Below the pieces are notes generated by a model that saw nothing but the letters and a program-made list of their open reading frames with translations, did not search any database and was not told the origin of the DNA. DNA of 64,000 nucleotides, from the NCBI GenBank assembly GCA_000002445.1, contig CP000071.1, positions 1,408,001 to 1,472,000 on the forward strand, in the 5' to 3' direction. Made by a program: the position numbers and the translations under genes. Shown here in pieces: positions 42,829 to 52,550 of the stretch (positions within the stretch are counted from its first letter, which is position 1; each line of letters begins with the position of its first letter). The DNA is from Trypanosoma brucei. Taxonomy: Eukaryota.

Positions 42829-44351
42829 CCATCGGGCTGCCATTTGTTGACGCGATCAACTCGTTATTCGGCTGACTGGATACATGCGGACGCTGTATGT
42901 TTTGGCTAACTACATTATTCCTTTTCTCTTTCCACGCACTTTGCTTACTATCTGTTCGGGGGGTTTCCTCGTTGGCATCTTACACGGAGGTTGATCTGGA
43001 AAGTAAATTTGTTGGACGTCTCCGGGAGATATGTACAATGCGGCTTTAGTGGAATGTAAGCGTATTTAGTTTTTATCGTGATGGACAAATGCATTTGTTT
43101 GTCTTGAATTATTGGGTGTGGTTGTGAACCATATGATGATTGTTGTTTTTCTCTAATCATTACTCTTGTGATGCAGGGATGTTGTGCATTGTCGGCTAAC
43201 TGCCATTGTTTCCTTTACAAGGGTTATTTCAAATCGTTGGTGTTTATTGCAAAGGTCGTTACGGCCGGGGTGGAGGTTAATGGAGCTTCTCTTTCAGCTT
43301 AATAACCAAAAAAAGAGGAGTATGCGTCACCTTTTTTGCTGCGTCATCAACACATCTTGTAGGAAATGTAGGGAATGACGTTATTATGTAGTTTGACGGA
43401 ATATTGTGAGGTTAACGCCATTTGACCAGGACAACCATTTTTGCTTTCTTGTTCACTTGCCTATTCTTTTCAAAGGGTTGCATGAAGGATGTATATTTAG
43501 ATCTGTTTTTATTTATGTTACGAGACTCCACCCCATTATAGAGTTTACGGGTCTTTCAAAGTAGCAAGATACCGATATAAAGACATTGGCATTGTGACGC
43601 ACAAGAGCGTCGTTGGTCTTAGTTTCGAGCGGGGTCCTTATGTTTTATGATTTGTTGACCGTGTGAGCAACTACTTGTTTCTCACAGTTGTAACGACTTA
43701 ATTGTTATTACTATTTTGTCGGGTGCTTTGTTCGATTGCCCACACATATTTTGAATCTGGTGATCACCAAGAAATGGCAAAACGAATCAAAAATTCCGTA
43801 TTTGGTTGTGTAAACTAATTTGCTGTCGAAGAAAGTATACACCGTAGATGAAACCTTCTCTATCTCTCCCTTAAATACACCGTACCGTACATTTTTTTTT
43901 TCAGATTTAGCTTGTGGACATATTTGGCTGAACATATGTGTGGAGTATGATGCAGCGTTGGAGATCCGATTTCTTCACTGATTTTGTTTGTGAAGGTTTC
44001 CGTCCATTTATTCTTACATGCAACATCGCGGAAGAGTGATTAAGTTTTTTCATTGTATCTTTAACTTTCATTTCTATTTTGGTTAAAAAATGAATAGATG
44101 AGTTGCGGTGGCGATGTGACAGAGGGACGATTGTGTTTTTTTATTTCTTATGTTGCTTTTTTAATTTTTTTGCCGCGATGTCAGTGTACACATATTAAAA
44201 TTCATATTAGTTTTGTTTGAGCACGACTTTATATTTTACTGAGTGGACTACTTGGATGGTTGGTTGTTTCTTCACTGTTGTGGCCAACGACTTTTTATAT
44301 CTTGCACTCACTCTGCACTGGGTTGTGGATTTACATTTTTAGACACAGTTA

Positions 44352-47300
44352 ATGTCTTCGGAGGCGGTAAAAAGACATATATTGGCTGCGATTCATACCC
44401 TGAATATTCCCTTGGACCTAGCACCAAGTTCGACCAAGGTGGATGAGGTTTGTTCTGCAGCGAAACTGCTTCGTAATCGCGTTCTTCGAGAAATCGCACG
44501 TGTTGAAAAGTCAATAGAAATGTTAAAGCAGAGGCAGTACGGTGACGCTGATGAGAGCGAGATGGACGAAGAGGCTATATCTGAAAATGTGGGGAGCTCA
44601 ATAGACACACATAATCTTACCAGGTACGATTTTATGTTTATAAGCGAAATGATGGTTATGGAAAATCTTGTTGTTCCGTTATTACTGGCTCACGGGATGA
44701 ACTTTGCGACTTCGCTTTTGCCACAACTGCTAAAGCTTCTCGCAGTAATGCTTCTACCTATTATACCGTGTTCTCATGAGGTACCACGTCAGCTAGATTA
44801 TGTTCGTCGTCTAATCGAGCGGTGTGGAACAGATGACTTTTTCTGGCTCTTGATTCAGTGTATTGTTCCGGTCACGGAGAAGCGCTCCAAAGGTGAAGCC
44901 CGAAAAGAAGACTCTATTCTTCTTGAAATTGTGCTAAAGATGATTGCTCTGTTTTTTACGGGTCCAAGAGAAAGTGTTGCGCAAGTTATCGGTGCCTTTG
45001 GCCGAAACCATGGGATCGAGCTGTTTCTTGTGGTACTGAATCAGAATTATGCTCGGTATGAACATAGAAATAACAAAGATAGCAATGATGTAGCGGTCGA
45101 TCCCATATCTCCCTCAGCCGGTACGAGTAATACAGAACGCTCTGGCGTGATTGTTCTTGATGGTGACACAGATGAGGAAGATGCGGTGGATTTGTCTGGG
45201 GAAAGCAACTCTGGGGAGGAATCAAGCGATACGGGATCCACTAATTCTGAGAGGTTTGGTCGAGTTTCAAACCACCTTAACGTTGATGATCAATACAGCG
45301 CGCGGATTGTCGAAATACTTGAAAGTGATGACCAGTTATGGAAGTGGAACACCCACATCATTACCGCGATGTCTGCAATACTTCGCTGTGCGCAATCGGC
45401 TGAACTTGCAAAACTAATATTTACCTCGAAATTCCGTCAGGGGTCATCCCAGCAGTTAGCTTCTCTGGCAGAAAATTCCAAGCGGTTTCGGGAATTTACG
45501 TCTGAGTCGAAGAAATGGAGACATGTTGCAAGAAGCAGGAATGGTGCCGTGAGTTCCAATGGTTTGCTTGTGCGTGGTACATCTTCACATCTGCAGGGAG
45601 AGGGAGGTGTGATTGGATACACGTCAACACTTCTAGGTTATCGAACAAAAGATCCTATTGAAAAGGTCCGTGAAATTGACTCAAAAAAAAGAGGCCGTTA
45701 TGTAAAAGGAACGTCTGACGATGCTTCCATCATATGTAACCTTTCTCTACCGACGAAAATTCAGTTGGCAGAACAATGTCTCTCGTTTATATGCTATGGA
45801 TTTGAACCCTTAAGCATTATGGTTTGGGATCGTCTGGCTAAATCGATTGCCTCCTTTAGAGACGCTGTGTGTGAACGGAAAGAGTTCATAGCGGGACGCA
45901 AATCGTCTGGGGAGGATGTTGAACTTCCGTCAGAGTTCGAGAAAAGTGTATACGAGTCGATGCAACAAGTTCTAAATTACCTGGAAATGTGTACCTCATT
46001 ACTACGTTACACCAGGGAAGCTGTTCGTTTGAAAAAAGAGGGAATCGATGATGAGCCTTCTCAGTTTTTTAATCAGCAGTGGAAGTGCATTTCAAGTGTA
46101 ATAACTCTTGAGCACATATTTAGCGGCTTTGAGCTGCTGCGTGTACTTTTAATGTCTCCAGATTTGAGGCGGCGGTTCGGCGTATGGACTGTGGCGAACT
46201 ATCTTGCCGAACTTTTTATGACTCTGAACCACCTGGTGGACGGCGACATAGTGGAGGACCCTCATGTGATTGGCGCCGCGCATGCTTTAGTCTCTTCAGT
46301 ACTTTACAAGGAGGAATATGTCCAGTTGGTGTTCGATACCATATCGAAGACGTCAACCAAGCCCATTTCTCCATACCGTGCCAGTGTGCTAGTATTACTG
46401 CTTTACTCCGTGTTGCGACTTATGGAGAAATGTAGTTTCGGCGGCCGTTTGTTATTTCCACGAAGGAAGAAGAAAGCGAGCAAATTCGTTGTTCATGAGA
46501 CGGAGGACAATGTAGGCATATGTTTTAATGAAGCAGATATGCCAATTGTTGAGTGTGACCCTCATGTTTCGTCCGAAGCAGTTAAAGATCGGCCAATCGC
46601 TAATGGAGAGATAACCGACCCATCAACTATTTCGTCATTGCAAATATCTTCAAATGTTATTTCGATGAATGAAGTGCCTGAGGGCAGCGGCAGAGTTGAG
46701 GAGTTATGCGCCGGAGACCGATCCGTTGCAGGTGAAAGTTGGGTTAACTCGACTCACAATGGCGAAAGGGAAGTGAACATGCGTCAATACTTCAAGCGCC
46801 TTTCCACCGGACAAAATGTTTCTGTATTGCTTTCGTCACTTTGTCACTGGAGAGCGAACGATTCGGATGTAAACGAGGGGTTGGAATTTTTGATTCGCTC
46901 CTTTATGGCCGAAGGTTGTGTTACCACATTGTTTAGTGCATCCTTCCTTATTACCATGAGGGATATTTTGACCAATGGTAGCGAAACACACCGTGGGTTG
47001 TATGAGGCATGTGACGAAGTTATTTATTTGTTTTTTAATCCCCCTTCTGCCAAGTTTTTTGACGAACGGAAGGAAATCGAGTTCGCGTCTTCTTCTGGTA
47101 TTTTACAGGGATCTGAATCATTTCTGGGATTTGAAGTGTCGTTGCGATGTGCCCGATCATTATTCTGCTTTAGTTCGACAGAGTACATGATTTTAGAGGA
47201 AAAGGGGTTTCCTGACTTCAGAGATTCCACTGTTATTCCCTTAGCGAGTGAGGGCACAGTGGTCAACGGCTCAGGGAAAGAAAGTGTCGAACTCGGTGTT

Positions 47301-47438
47301 TTCAGCACAAAGAAACCTCGGGACAAACGAGAGTCGTTGTCAAGACAAAAGGGAGGAAAACGAAGGAAATTCGACGATGAAAACGTGGATGTTTCCATAG
47401 ATGAACAGGCCGATATTGCTGTCGGTCTAGAAGTTTAA
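44352..47438 (+). CDS. Hypothetical conserved-looking protein, 1028 aa, with an acidic Ser-rich linker (DGDTDEEDAVDLSGESNSGEESSDTGS).
   Basis: Long ORF, ATG confirmed at 44352. No domain recognised. Confidence 0.6.
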   Translation: MSSEAVKRHILAAIHTLNIPLDLAPSSTKVDEVCSAAKLLRNRVLREIARVEKSIEMLKQRQYGDADESEMDEEAISENVGSSIDTHNLTRYDFMFISEMMVMENLVVPLLLAHGMNFATSLLPQLLKLLAVMLLPIIPCSHEVPRQLDYVRRLIERCGTDDFFWLLIQCIVPVTEKRSKGEARKEDSILLEIVLKMIALFFTGPRESVAQVIGAFGRNHGIELFLVVLNQNYARYEHRNNKDSNDVAVDPISPSAGTSNTERSGVIVLDGDTDEEDAVDLSGESNSGEESSDTGSTNSERFGRVSNHLNVDDQYSARIVEILESDDQLWKWNTHIITAMSAILRCAQSAELAKLIFTSKFRQGSSQQLASLAENSKRFREFTSESKKWRHVARSRNGAVSSNGLLVRGTSSHLQGEGGVIGYTSTLLGYRTKDPIEKVREIDSKKRGRYVKGTSDDASIICNLSLPTKIQLAEQCLSFICYGFEPLSIMVWDRLAKSIASFRDAVCERKEFIAGRKSSGEDVELPSEFEKSVYESMQQVLNYLEMCTSLLRYTREAVRLKKEGIDDEPSQFFNQQWKCISSVITLEHIFSGFELLRVLLMSPDLRRRFGVWTVANYLAELFMTLNHLVDGDIVEDPHVIGAAHALVSSVLYKEEYVQLVFDTISKTSTKPISPYRASVLVLLLYSVLRLMEKCSFGGRLLFPRRKKKASKFVVHETEDNVGICFNEADMPIVECDPHVSSEAVKDRPIANGEITDPSTISSLQISSNVISMNEVPEGSGRVEELCAGDRSVAGESWVNSTHNGEREVNMRQYFKRLSTGQNVSVLLSSLCHWRANDSDVNEGLEFLIRSFMAEGCVTTLFSASFLITMRDILTNGSETHRGLYEACDEVIYLFFNPPSAKFFDERKEIEFASSSGILQGSESFLGFEVSLRCARSLFCFSSTEYMILEEKGFPDFRDSTVIPLASEGTVVNGSGKESVELGVFSTKKPRDKRESLSRQKGGKRRKFDDENVDVSIDEQADIAVGLEV

Positions 47439-47684
47439 TAGAATTACAATGAACCAGTGGTATAAAACCTAATAAAAATGACGTAGTGTTAGGGTTACGT
47501 ACGGATGTGAATGCTGGTCGTTAGGTTGCAGGATTCCTCATTTCCTTTGCCAAATGGTGCCTCTAACACCTTCTATTCTTTACTTTTGTTATTTCCCTTT
47601 GTAGTTGTAGGAATTTTGACGTTCTTCAATCAACGCGTTTCTTCGACTTTCCTCCCCAAGTGAACACGATTGCTCGTATTGAAA

Positions 47685-48029
47685 ATGCCCGCCAGACCCA
47701 ATGAAGAACAGTATACTCCGGAGATGTTGCAGCTTCGCGTGAAGCAAGGACTCCAAAAGCGCAAGAAGTGCGCTCTTTGTCTGCATGTGTTTCATGTCAA
47801 CGAACTGCCTGGAGCTATCACTCACAAATCTATACTGGAACTTCGGAAAAAATGGGGGTTAGACGTAAGGCGCGGTGACCGCATGCCTCCCCCCTCGCAG
47901 TTGTACAAAAGAGAGGAGTTGTGCGTCTTTTGCATGCAGTTCTTCGGTACGAGTGGTAGCACACAATCTCAGCAACAACTTCTGGCTTCCACACGTGGAG
48001 GAATGCCGGCTCGTTTAACCCTCCGTTAG
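47685..48029 (+). CDS. Candidate small Cys/His-containing protein (~114 aa), zinc-binding-like (CALCLHVFH...CVFC).
   Basis: The listed start at 47670 is TTG; the ATG is at 47685 (MPARPNEEQY...). A strong poly-pyrimidine tract at 47590-47660 (tttcttcgactttcctcccc) is followed by an AG. It fills a 1.6 kb gap between neighbouring genes. Confidence 0.4.
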   Translation: MPARPNEEQYTPEMLQLRVKQGLQKRKKCALCLHVFHVNELPGAITHKSILELRKKWGLDVRRGDRMPPPSQLYKREELCVFCMQFFGTSGSTQSQQQLLASTRGGMPARLTLR

Positions 48030-49054
48030 AGATGAAAGGGATACCCAATCTTTTTGCGTTTCTTCCTTTTTTGTAGCTCAACCAACAGCATATATAGTAT
48101 GTACAAATATTTGCTTGTGGGATGACTTGGATCCCTTCTACACGGGCGTGTATCGTGTCTATGTATCTACCTTCCCCCCTTTTGCTCTACTTAACTTTGA
48201 CATGTCAATGTTACATTCCCTTCTACTCTTTTTGTTCCTGGTGGTGGCCTTGCTGCTCATAGACCCAAAGGACAACTTCAAAATGACTTCAGGCCGGAGG
48301 ATACCACGGAAATTGCCACCTTATGGATCTGATGGTCAGTTGTGGCGGACGAGTTGGTGAGAATGCATTTCGTTTGTGGTGCGACATTGTTTTTATGAAA
48401 GTTGTTCGGAACTTCCTGTAGGCGCGAGTGTGCCTGCATGTGGCGTTGCGAAGCGTAAGATGTGAAGATGCAACCACGTAGCGTGAGCTGCGAGTGGTTT
48501 GACGTTCTGGGTATCAGTTGTTGGTAAGTGGACATGGGGGGGGGCATTCCTTCCCTAGCTCCCCATCAGCGTCCGTCCGGGGACGTTGGGCGTTAGTTTA
48601 TACAAGCCGCAAAGTTGGTGCCTTTGCCATGTTTCCCTCGGTCATGTGGACAGTGTGTGAGTTGGCTGTTAGTTGGCAATAGGGTTGACATCGGTTGATA
48701 TGCAGATGCTACGGAAGGTGCCGAACGTCCTTTGAAACCCTGAGTTTTTGCGTTATACACGAAACTCCCTTGTTGGGCGCTCTTTTCTTTTTTGCTTTCT
48801 TACGACCTTGCTGACTTCGACTGGCGTTTGGCGGGAGAGGATGGGCACCTTCTGTTCGGGCATGTACCGGGTAATATCAGGCTTTTCCGCAGAACAAAAA
48901 AAACTCTGGGGCGATGTTGAAAGATTTTTGTAAGTGTCATGTTAATTGGCTTCACTATACCTTTACTCTTGTTGTGCTGTTTCCCTTCCTTGCCACCAAC
49001 ATTCGCACGAATGGAAAAAATTAAGTGGAAAAATCTGTGCTCAAAGGTTGAGCA

Positions 49055-50620
49055 ATGTTCCAACTGACCTTGCGCCACCATAGCAAACGCACGCCCGGTT
49101 ATGTGTTTTGGCGGCAGAGTACTCTGGTTGAACTTGAACATGCTAGGCGGAATTATCTGTTGTCAGAGCGGCCCCTTCCAATCGCTGACGTTGCGCGTCG
49201 GATGGTGCGTGTGAAGTCACGATATCTGGACACGAAAGACTTCAACGAGAAGAGCCTACTGCGGGGCGAGTACAAGTACTTTTCCGGGAAATCTTGTGAC
49301 ATCCGGCATGCACGACCCGAAGACCTGGTTGCTTATGTTGAATGTGGCTCTTTCTTCGGTTTTTGGGACGCGGCTCAAATGAATCGCATCCTTCAAGAGC
49401 TGTTGCTGAAGCTTGATGAGCTGGGTGCTGCGGAACTCTTTCACCTCTTTACTTCGCTTCCATCACTGCGAAAGCAGACGGGCGAGTTGCATTTCTGCGT
49501 GGCCCGCCGTCTTGTCGATGAAATATCGAATCTCACAGTAGATGAGTGTATCCACGTTTGTGCGGCATGCGATCAGGCAACGCCGCGCGAGCTTGTGCGG
49601 GGCTTGGTCCAAATGATTGGACCGATGGTTTCTAACCGTGCACTTAGCGCAGCGCAGTGTGTTGAGATAATGGACACACTTGGCGCTTGTTGCCTTCCGG
49701 GGGAGAACCGTGAGTTTGATCTGTTTTTTAAGGATACAAAAGAAGTTGTGGTTTTGGGGATGACTACTTTGGGCGTGATGGACATCGCTGTTGCCTGCAC
49801 CTCAATGAGGCTCCTTGGTATTTTGGATGCCATCACAGAGAAGGAGGCAGTTCGTTTGTTTACGTCTCGCTTGAATGAGACATGTGCGAGTTCGATGGCT
49901 ATGATGTTCTCGGCTGTTGGGAGCGATTTTATCTTCTGCCAAGCTGTTGGGGAGAGAGTCGTTTACCTAGCCACAGACTTCACACCAAGCGAAATGCTTA
50001 GCATTTTTGCAGTGTACTTGACCAACATCGTTTCACTCTGCCCGGCGTCTAGTGGAGGAGTCGCCATCGGTGACAGTGCATGTGAGATGCCGCAGGAGGA
50101 GTGGACCGCGGGTCGCGGTGTTGGCGAGCGACATTTTGCTCATCAGCGTCGAAATGACCTCCTCAATGTGATTAGGGAGTTGATGGACCAGACATTGTCG
50201 TTACTCGAGTCGGCTTCAGCCTACGTGTCACCAGTTTCTCAGCTCCAGTTCGTGGCGGTGTTCCACCGTGCTGTTGAAAATCTCTGTGGTGATGTGGAGC
50301 AGCTTTTGAATTTTCTTCCTTCTCTGAACCGTTGCATGCAGCTGCTTTCCGCAAAACTGATTGCATCCCTCACGCAGTACACATATTCTGAACTGATTGT
50401 GCTGCTGCAAATGTGCAATCCACTAGGCAGACTGCTGACAAACGCCGCGGTTGGAGCAGTCGTACATGAACTCCTCCGGCGGGAGGTCGGTGCTTCTGGG
50501 GGCGAAGCCATGTCAATCTACGCAACTCTTCGGCAGCTCACGGGGTTGCGAGCCGAGTATCGTGTCCGAATTGAAAGGGACCTCCTGCCAAGGTTGCTTG
50601 CCCGGTGCTCGCACACTTAA
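49055..50620 (+). CDS. Hypothetical leucine-rich helical-repeat protein (521 aa) with a basic presequence-like N-terminus, possibly mitochondrial.
   Basis: ATG confirmed. Repetitive alpha-helical Leu-rich segments are present. No confident family. Confidence 0.55.
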   Translation: MFQLTLRHHSKRTPGYVFWRQSTLVELEHARRNYLLSERPLPIADVARRMVRVKSRYLDTKDFNEKSLLRGEYKYFSGKSCDIRHARPEDLVAYVECGSFFGFWDAAQMNRILQELLLKLDELGAAELFHLFTSLPSLRKQTGELHFCVARRLVDEISNLTVDECIHVCAACDQATPRELVRGLVQMIGPMVSNRALSAAQCVEIMDTLGACCLPGENREFDLFFKDTKEVVVLGMTTLGVMDIAVACTSMRLLGILDAITEKEAVRLFTSRLNETCASSMAMMFSAVGSDFIFCQAVGERVVYLATDFTPSEMLSIFAVYLTNIVSLCPASSGGVAIGDSACEMPQEEWTAGRGVGERHFAHQRRNDLLNVIRELMDQTLSLLESASAYVSPVSQLQFVAVFHRAVENLCGDVEQLLNFLPSLNRCMQLLSAKLIASLTQYTYSELIVLLQMCNPLGRLLTNAAVGAVVHELLRREVGASGGEAMSIYATLRQLTGLRAEYRVRIERDLLPRLLARCSHT

Positions 50621-51001
50621 TGGAATTCGTGCGTCATGTCGTTGTGCCCTTCGACAGGCGCATACCACTCGTTTACGTCTAATGGCTGCATACTTGCTAG
50701 GCAATGCATGTGCATGCGTGCAAGGAGAACCTCCCTCTCGTTTTGCCGCCTCTGTGCCAATATTACAGTGTCCTTCTCTCCCCCATCTTGCTCATCGTTT
50801 TGCGTATGGTCGCTTGTCGGCGGGTTGCGGTGGCTCAATTTGTCGGTCATGCCACATACTTGTAGGGGAAGGCCGTTACGTGCCGATACATAAGCGATTT
50901 TTTTTTTTTTTGCGTGGTGAAGTGGTGCAACCCCACTGGTTCACGCGTTGTTTACCTCCGATAGGGGCTGTCACCTACGCGTAGGTTAATATATCGTGGG
51001 C

Positions 51002-51919
51002 ATGTTTCAGAGGGCTAGATTTCTCCTTTTACCAATAGATGATGTCTTGCCTGCCGGTAGTCGTTGGTCGCGTGTGACAGCACTGCCAACGTCGCATGCT
51101 CACCCTTCCGGTGCGTCTCGGGCTTCCCGTACAGGGCCGGTCACAGCCAATACCACCTCAGCGCTACCGCCAACGCCTTACATAACCTTCATACCCACCC
51201 TTCACGTGGCATCGGTGAAATTTTATGACGCCGTTCTTGATTACATGAGGGAATCCGTCGAAAAGAACAGTAATGTCGTCGTCCTATTGGAAGGTATCTG
51301 CGATAACAAGGAGGGAAGAATACAGCAGATGGACGAATACATGCAAATTTCACGGAGTGAGGAGTTACGTGCCGCCATGCTTGAGAAGGCTGAGAAAAAC
51401 ACACTGTACAATGACGAAACTATTCGTACAATTTGTGATGAGCTGGCTGTCAACTACGATGTTCTGAGCAGAGAGTTGGAAACAGTTCGTCTGCAGGAAT
51501 GCTACCTCCGCCCGAAAATGGCTGCCCTTATGGGGAAGAATCTTTGCAACGAAGCCGACATCGACATGGAGGAAGTTGAAGCCCTGATGTTGGAAGGGGA
51601 TAACAATGATCATAGTGGAAGCTATGGCGCTTGCGGCAGCGGGTCTGTCGTACCAATCACTAGCATCGGTTCCCATCCCGCGGTGCGCCGAAGTCGTGAG
51701 ATGAAAGTTGCGCGCAAAGCGCGTGCAACCTGTGTTGATTGGTTGAAGCATGGCGTGGCCGGTGAGGTAATTCTTCCCTGGGGAATATACCATGTTGAAG
51801 GCATACAGCGTAACGTGCTGTCGTTGAATGCGCAGGACGAGGGAATTGTATTCGTTGAGAGTGGTAACGATATTCGCCATGTGCCGTTTGGCATTCACAG
51901 AGATCTTTTGGTTTTGTGA
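51002..51919 (+). CDS. TraB-family (TRABD-like) protein (~305 aa).
   Basis: PTLHVAS...NVVVLLEGICDNK matches LVGTAHFS...DVVVVELC, and the C-terminal VILPWGIYHVEGIQRNV matches VVGVVGMGHVPGIEKNW of TraB/TRABD. The listed start at 50996 is GTG; the ATG is at 51002. Confidence 0.6.
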   Translation: MFQRARFLLLPIDDVLPAGSRWSRVTALPTSHAHPSGASRASRTGPVTANTTSALPPTPYITFIPTLHVASVKFYDAVLDYMRESVEKNSNVVVLLEGICDNKEGRIQQMDEYMQISRSEELRAAMLEKAEKNTLYNDETIRTICDELAVNYDVLSRELETVRLQECYLRPKMAALMGKNLCNEADIDMEEVEALMLEGDNNDHSGSYGACGSGSVVPITSIGSHPAVRRSREMKVARKARATCVDWLKHGVAGEVILPWGIYHVEGIQRNVLSLNAQDEGIVFVESGNDIRHVPFGIHRDLLVL

Positions 51920-52550
51920 GTGAAATATCTCTTTAAACCCTGCGTTCCTTCGACTCTCTTGCACCCCGTTTTCTGAAGTTTCAAAAGTTCATGTTTTTCA
52001 GCCTTATTAACGTGTTGCCGCAGGCTACGATGCATTATAGCAGACGGGCACAGTGCCGTATTTGTCGTTCCACATATGAGGTGGGGTGACGCGATCAAGT
52101 TTCCATCTACCTTTCCCAAGGGGAGTTTCTACTTGGCGGGCTGGTGGTCCGCCGGTTGCCTACCATTTTGTTGGTTCTGACATTATTTGGCATTGCTGTT
52201 TTATCTACTTTTTTTTTCACTTGTTGCTTTCCCCATGCTCCTTTCTACCTCTTTATATATGTGTGTCTACGTGTCCTCTGTGAACACGTGTCGCATACTT
52301 CGCTTGCTCATATGGTTGTAAGGGAATACTTATTTGGAGAGTCGCATCCCTCTACACGGACTTCGGGATCTGGTGACTCTGCCCGTCTTCTGGGGTTATT
52401 CAGTTCATTCCTTCGTCCCCGTAGGCACTTTGGACGGAAAAACAAGCCTTTCCCCCTTCTAAGGTTGTATTCCACCCTTCACATCGTCGTGTACATAAGG
52501 CGCGTCTTTGAGGGCTCCGCTCGCGTGCTTGCCCCTTTTCTTAACGGTTG

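Larger units (their letters stand above)
35231..44351. promoter_or_regulatory. Divergent strand-switch region between the leftward and rightward polycistronic units. Presumed bidirectional RNA pol II transcription start region with no convincing long ORF.
   Basis: Flanking genes point away from each other. Composition is strand-skewed: C/A-rich on the plus strand at 36000-37250, (TG)20 on the plus strand at 39613, and an AT-rich core at 38250-39600. Confidence 0.7.

Noticed and set aside
35231-44351. Searched the strand-switch region for tRNA (GGTTCGAATCC / D-arm motifs), SL RNA, telomeric (CCCTAA)n and retroposon ends.
   Set aside because: No convincing T-loop or D-arm combination was found. 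Only a single ccctaa hexamer occurs (36705). There is nothing repeated in tandem that would suggest SL or snoRNA arrays. I cannot recall ingi/RIME terminal sequences well enough to call one.
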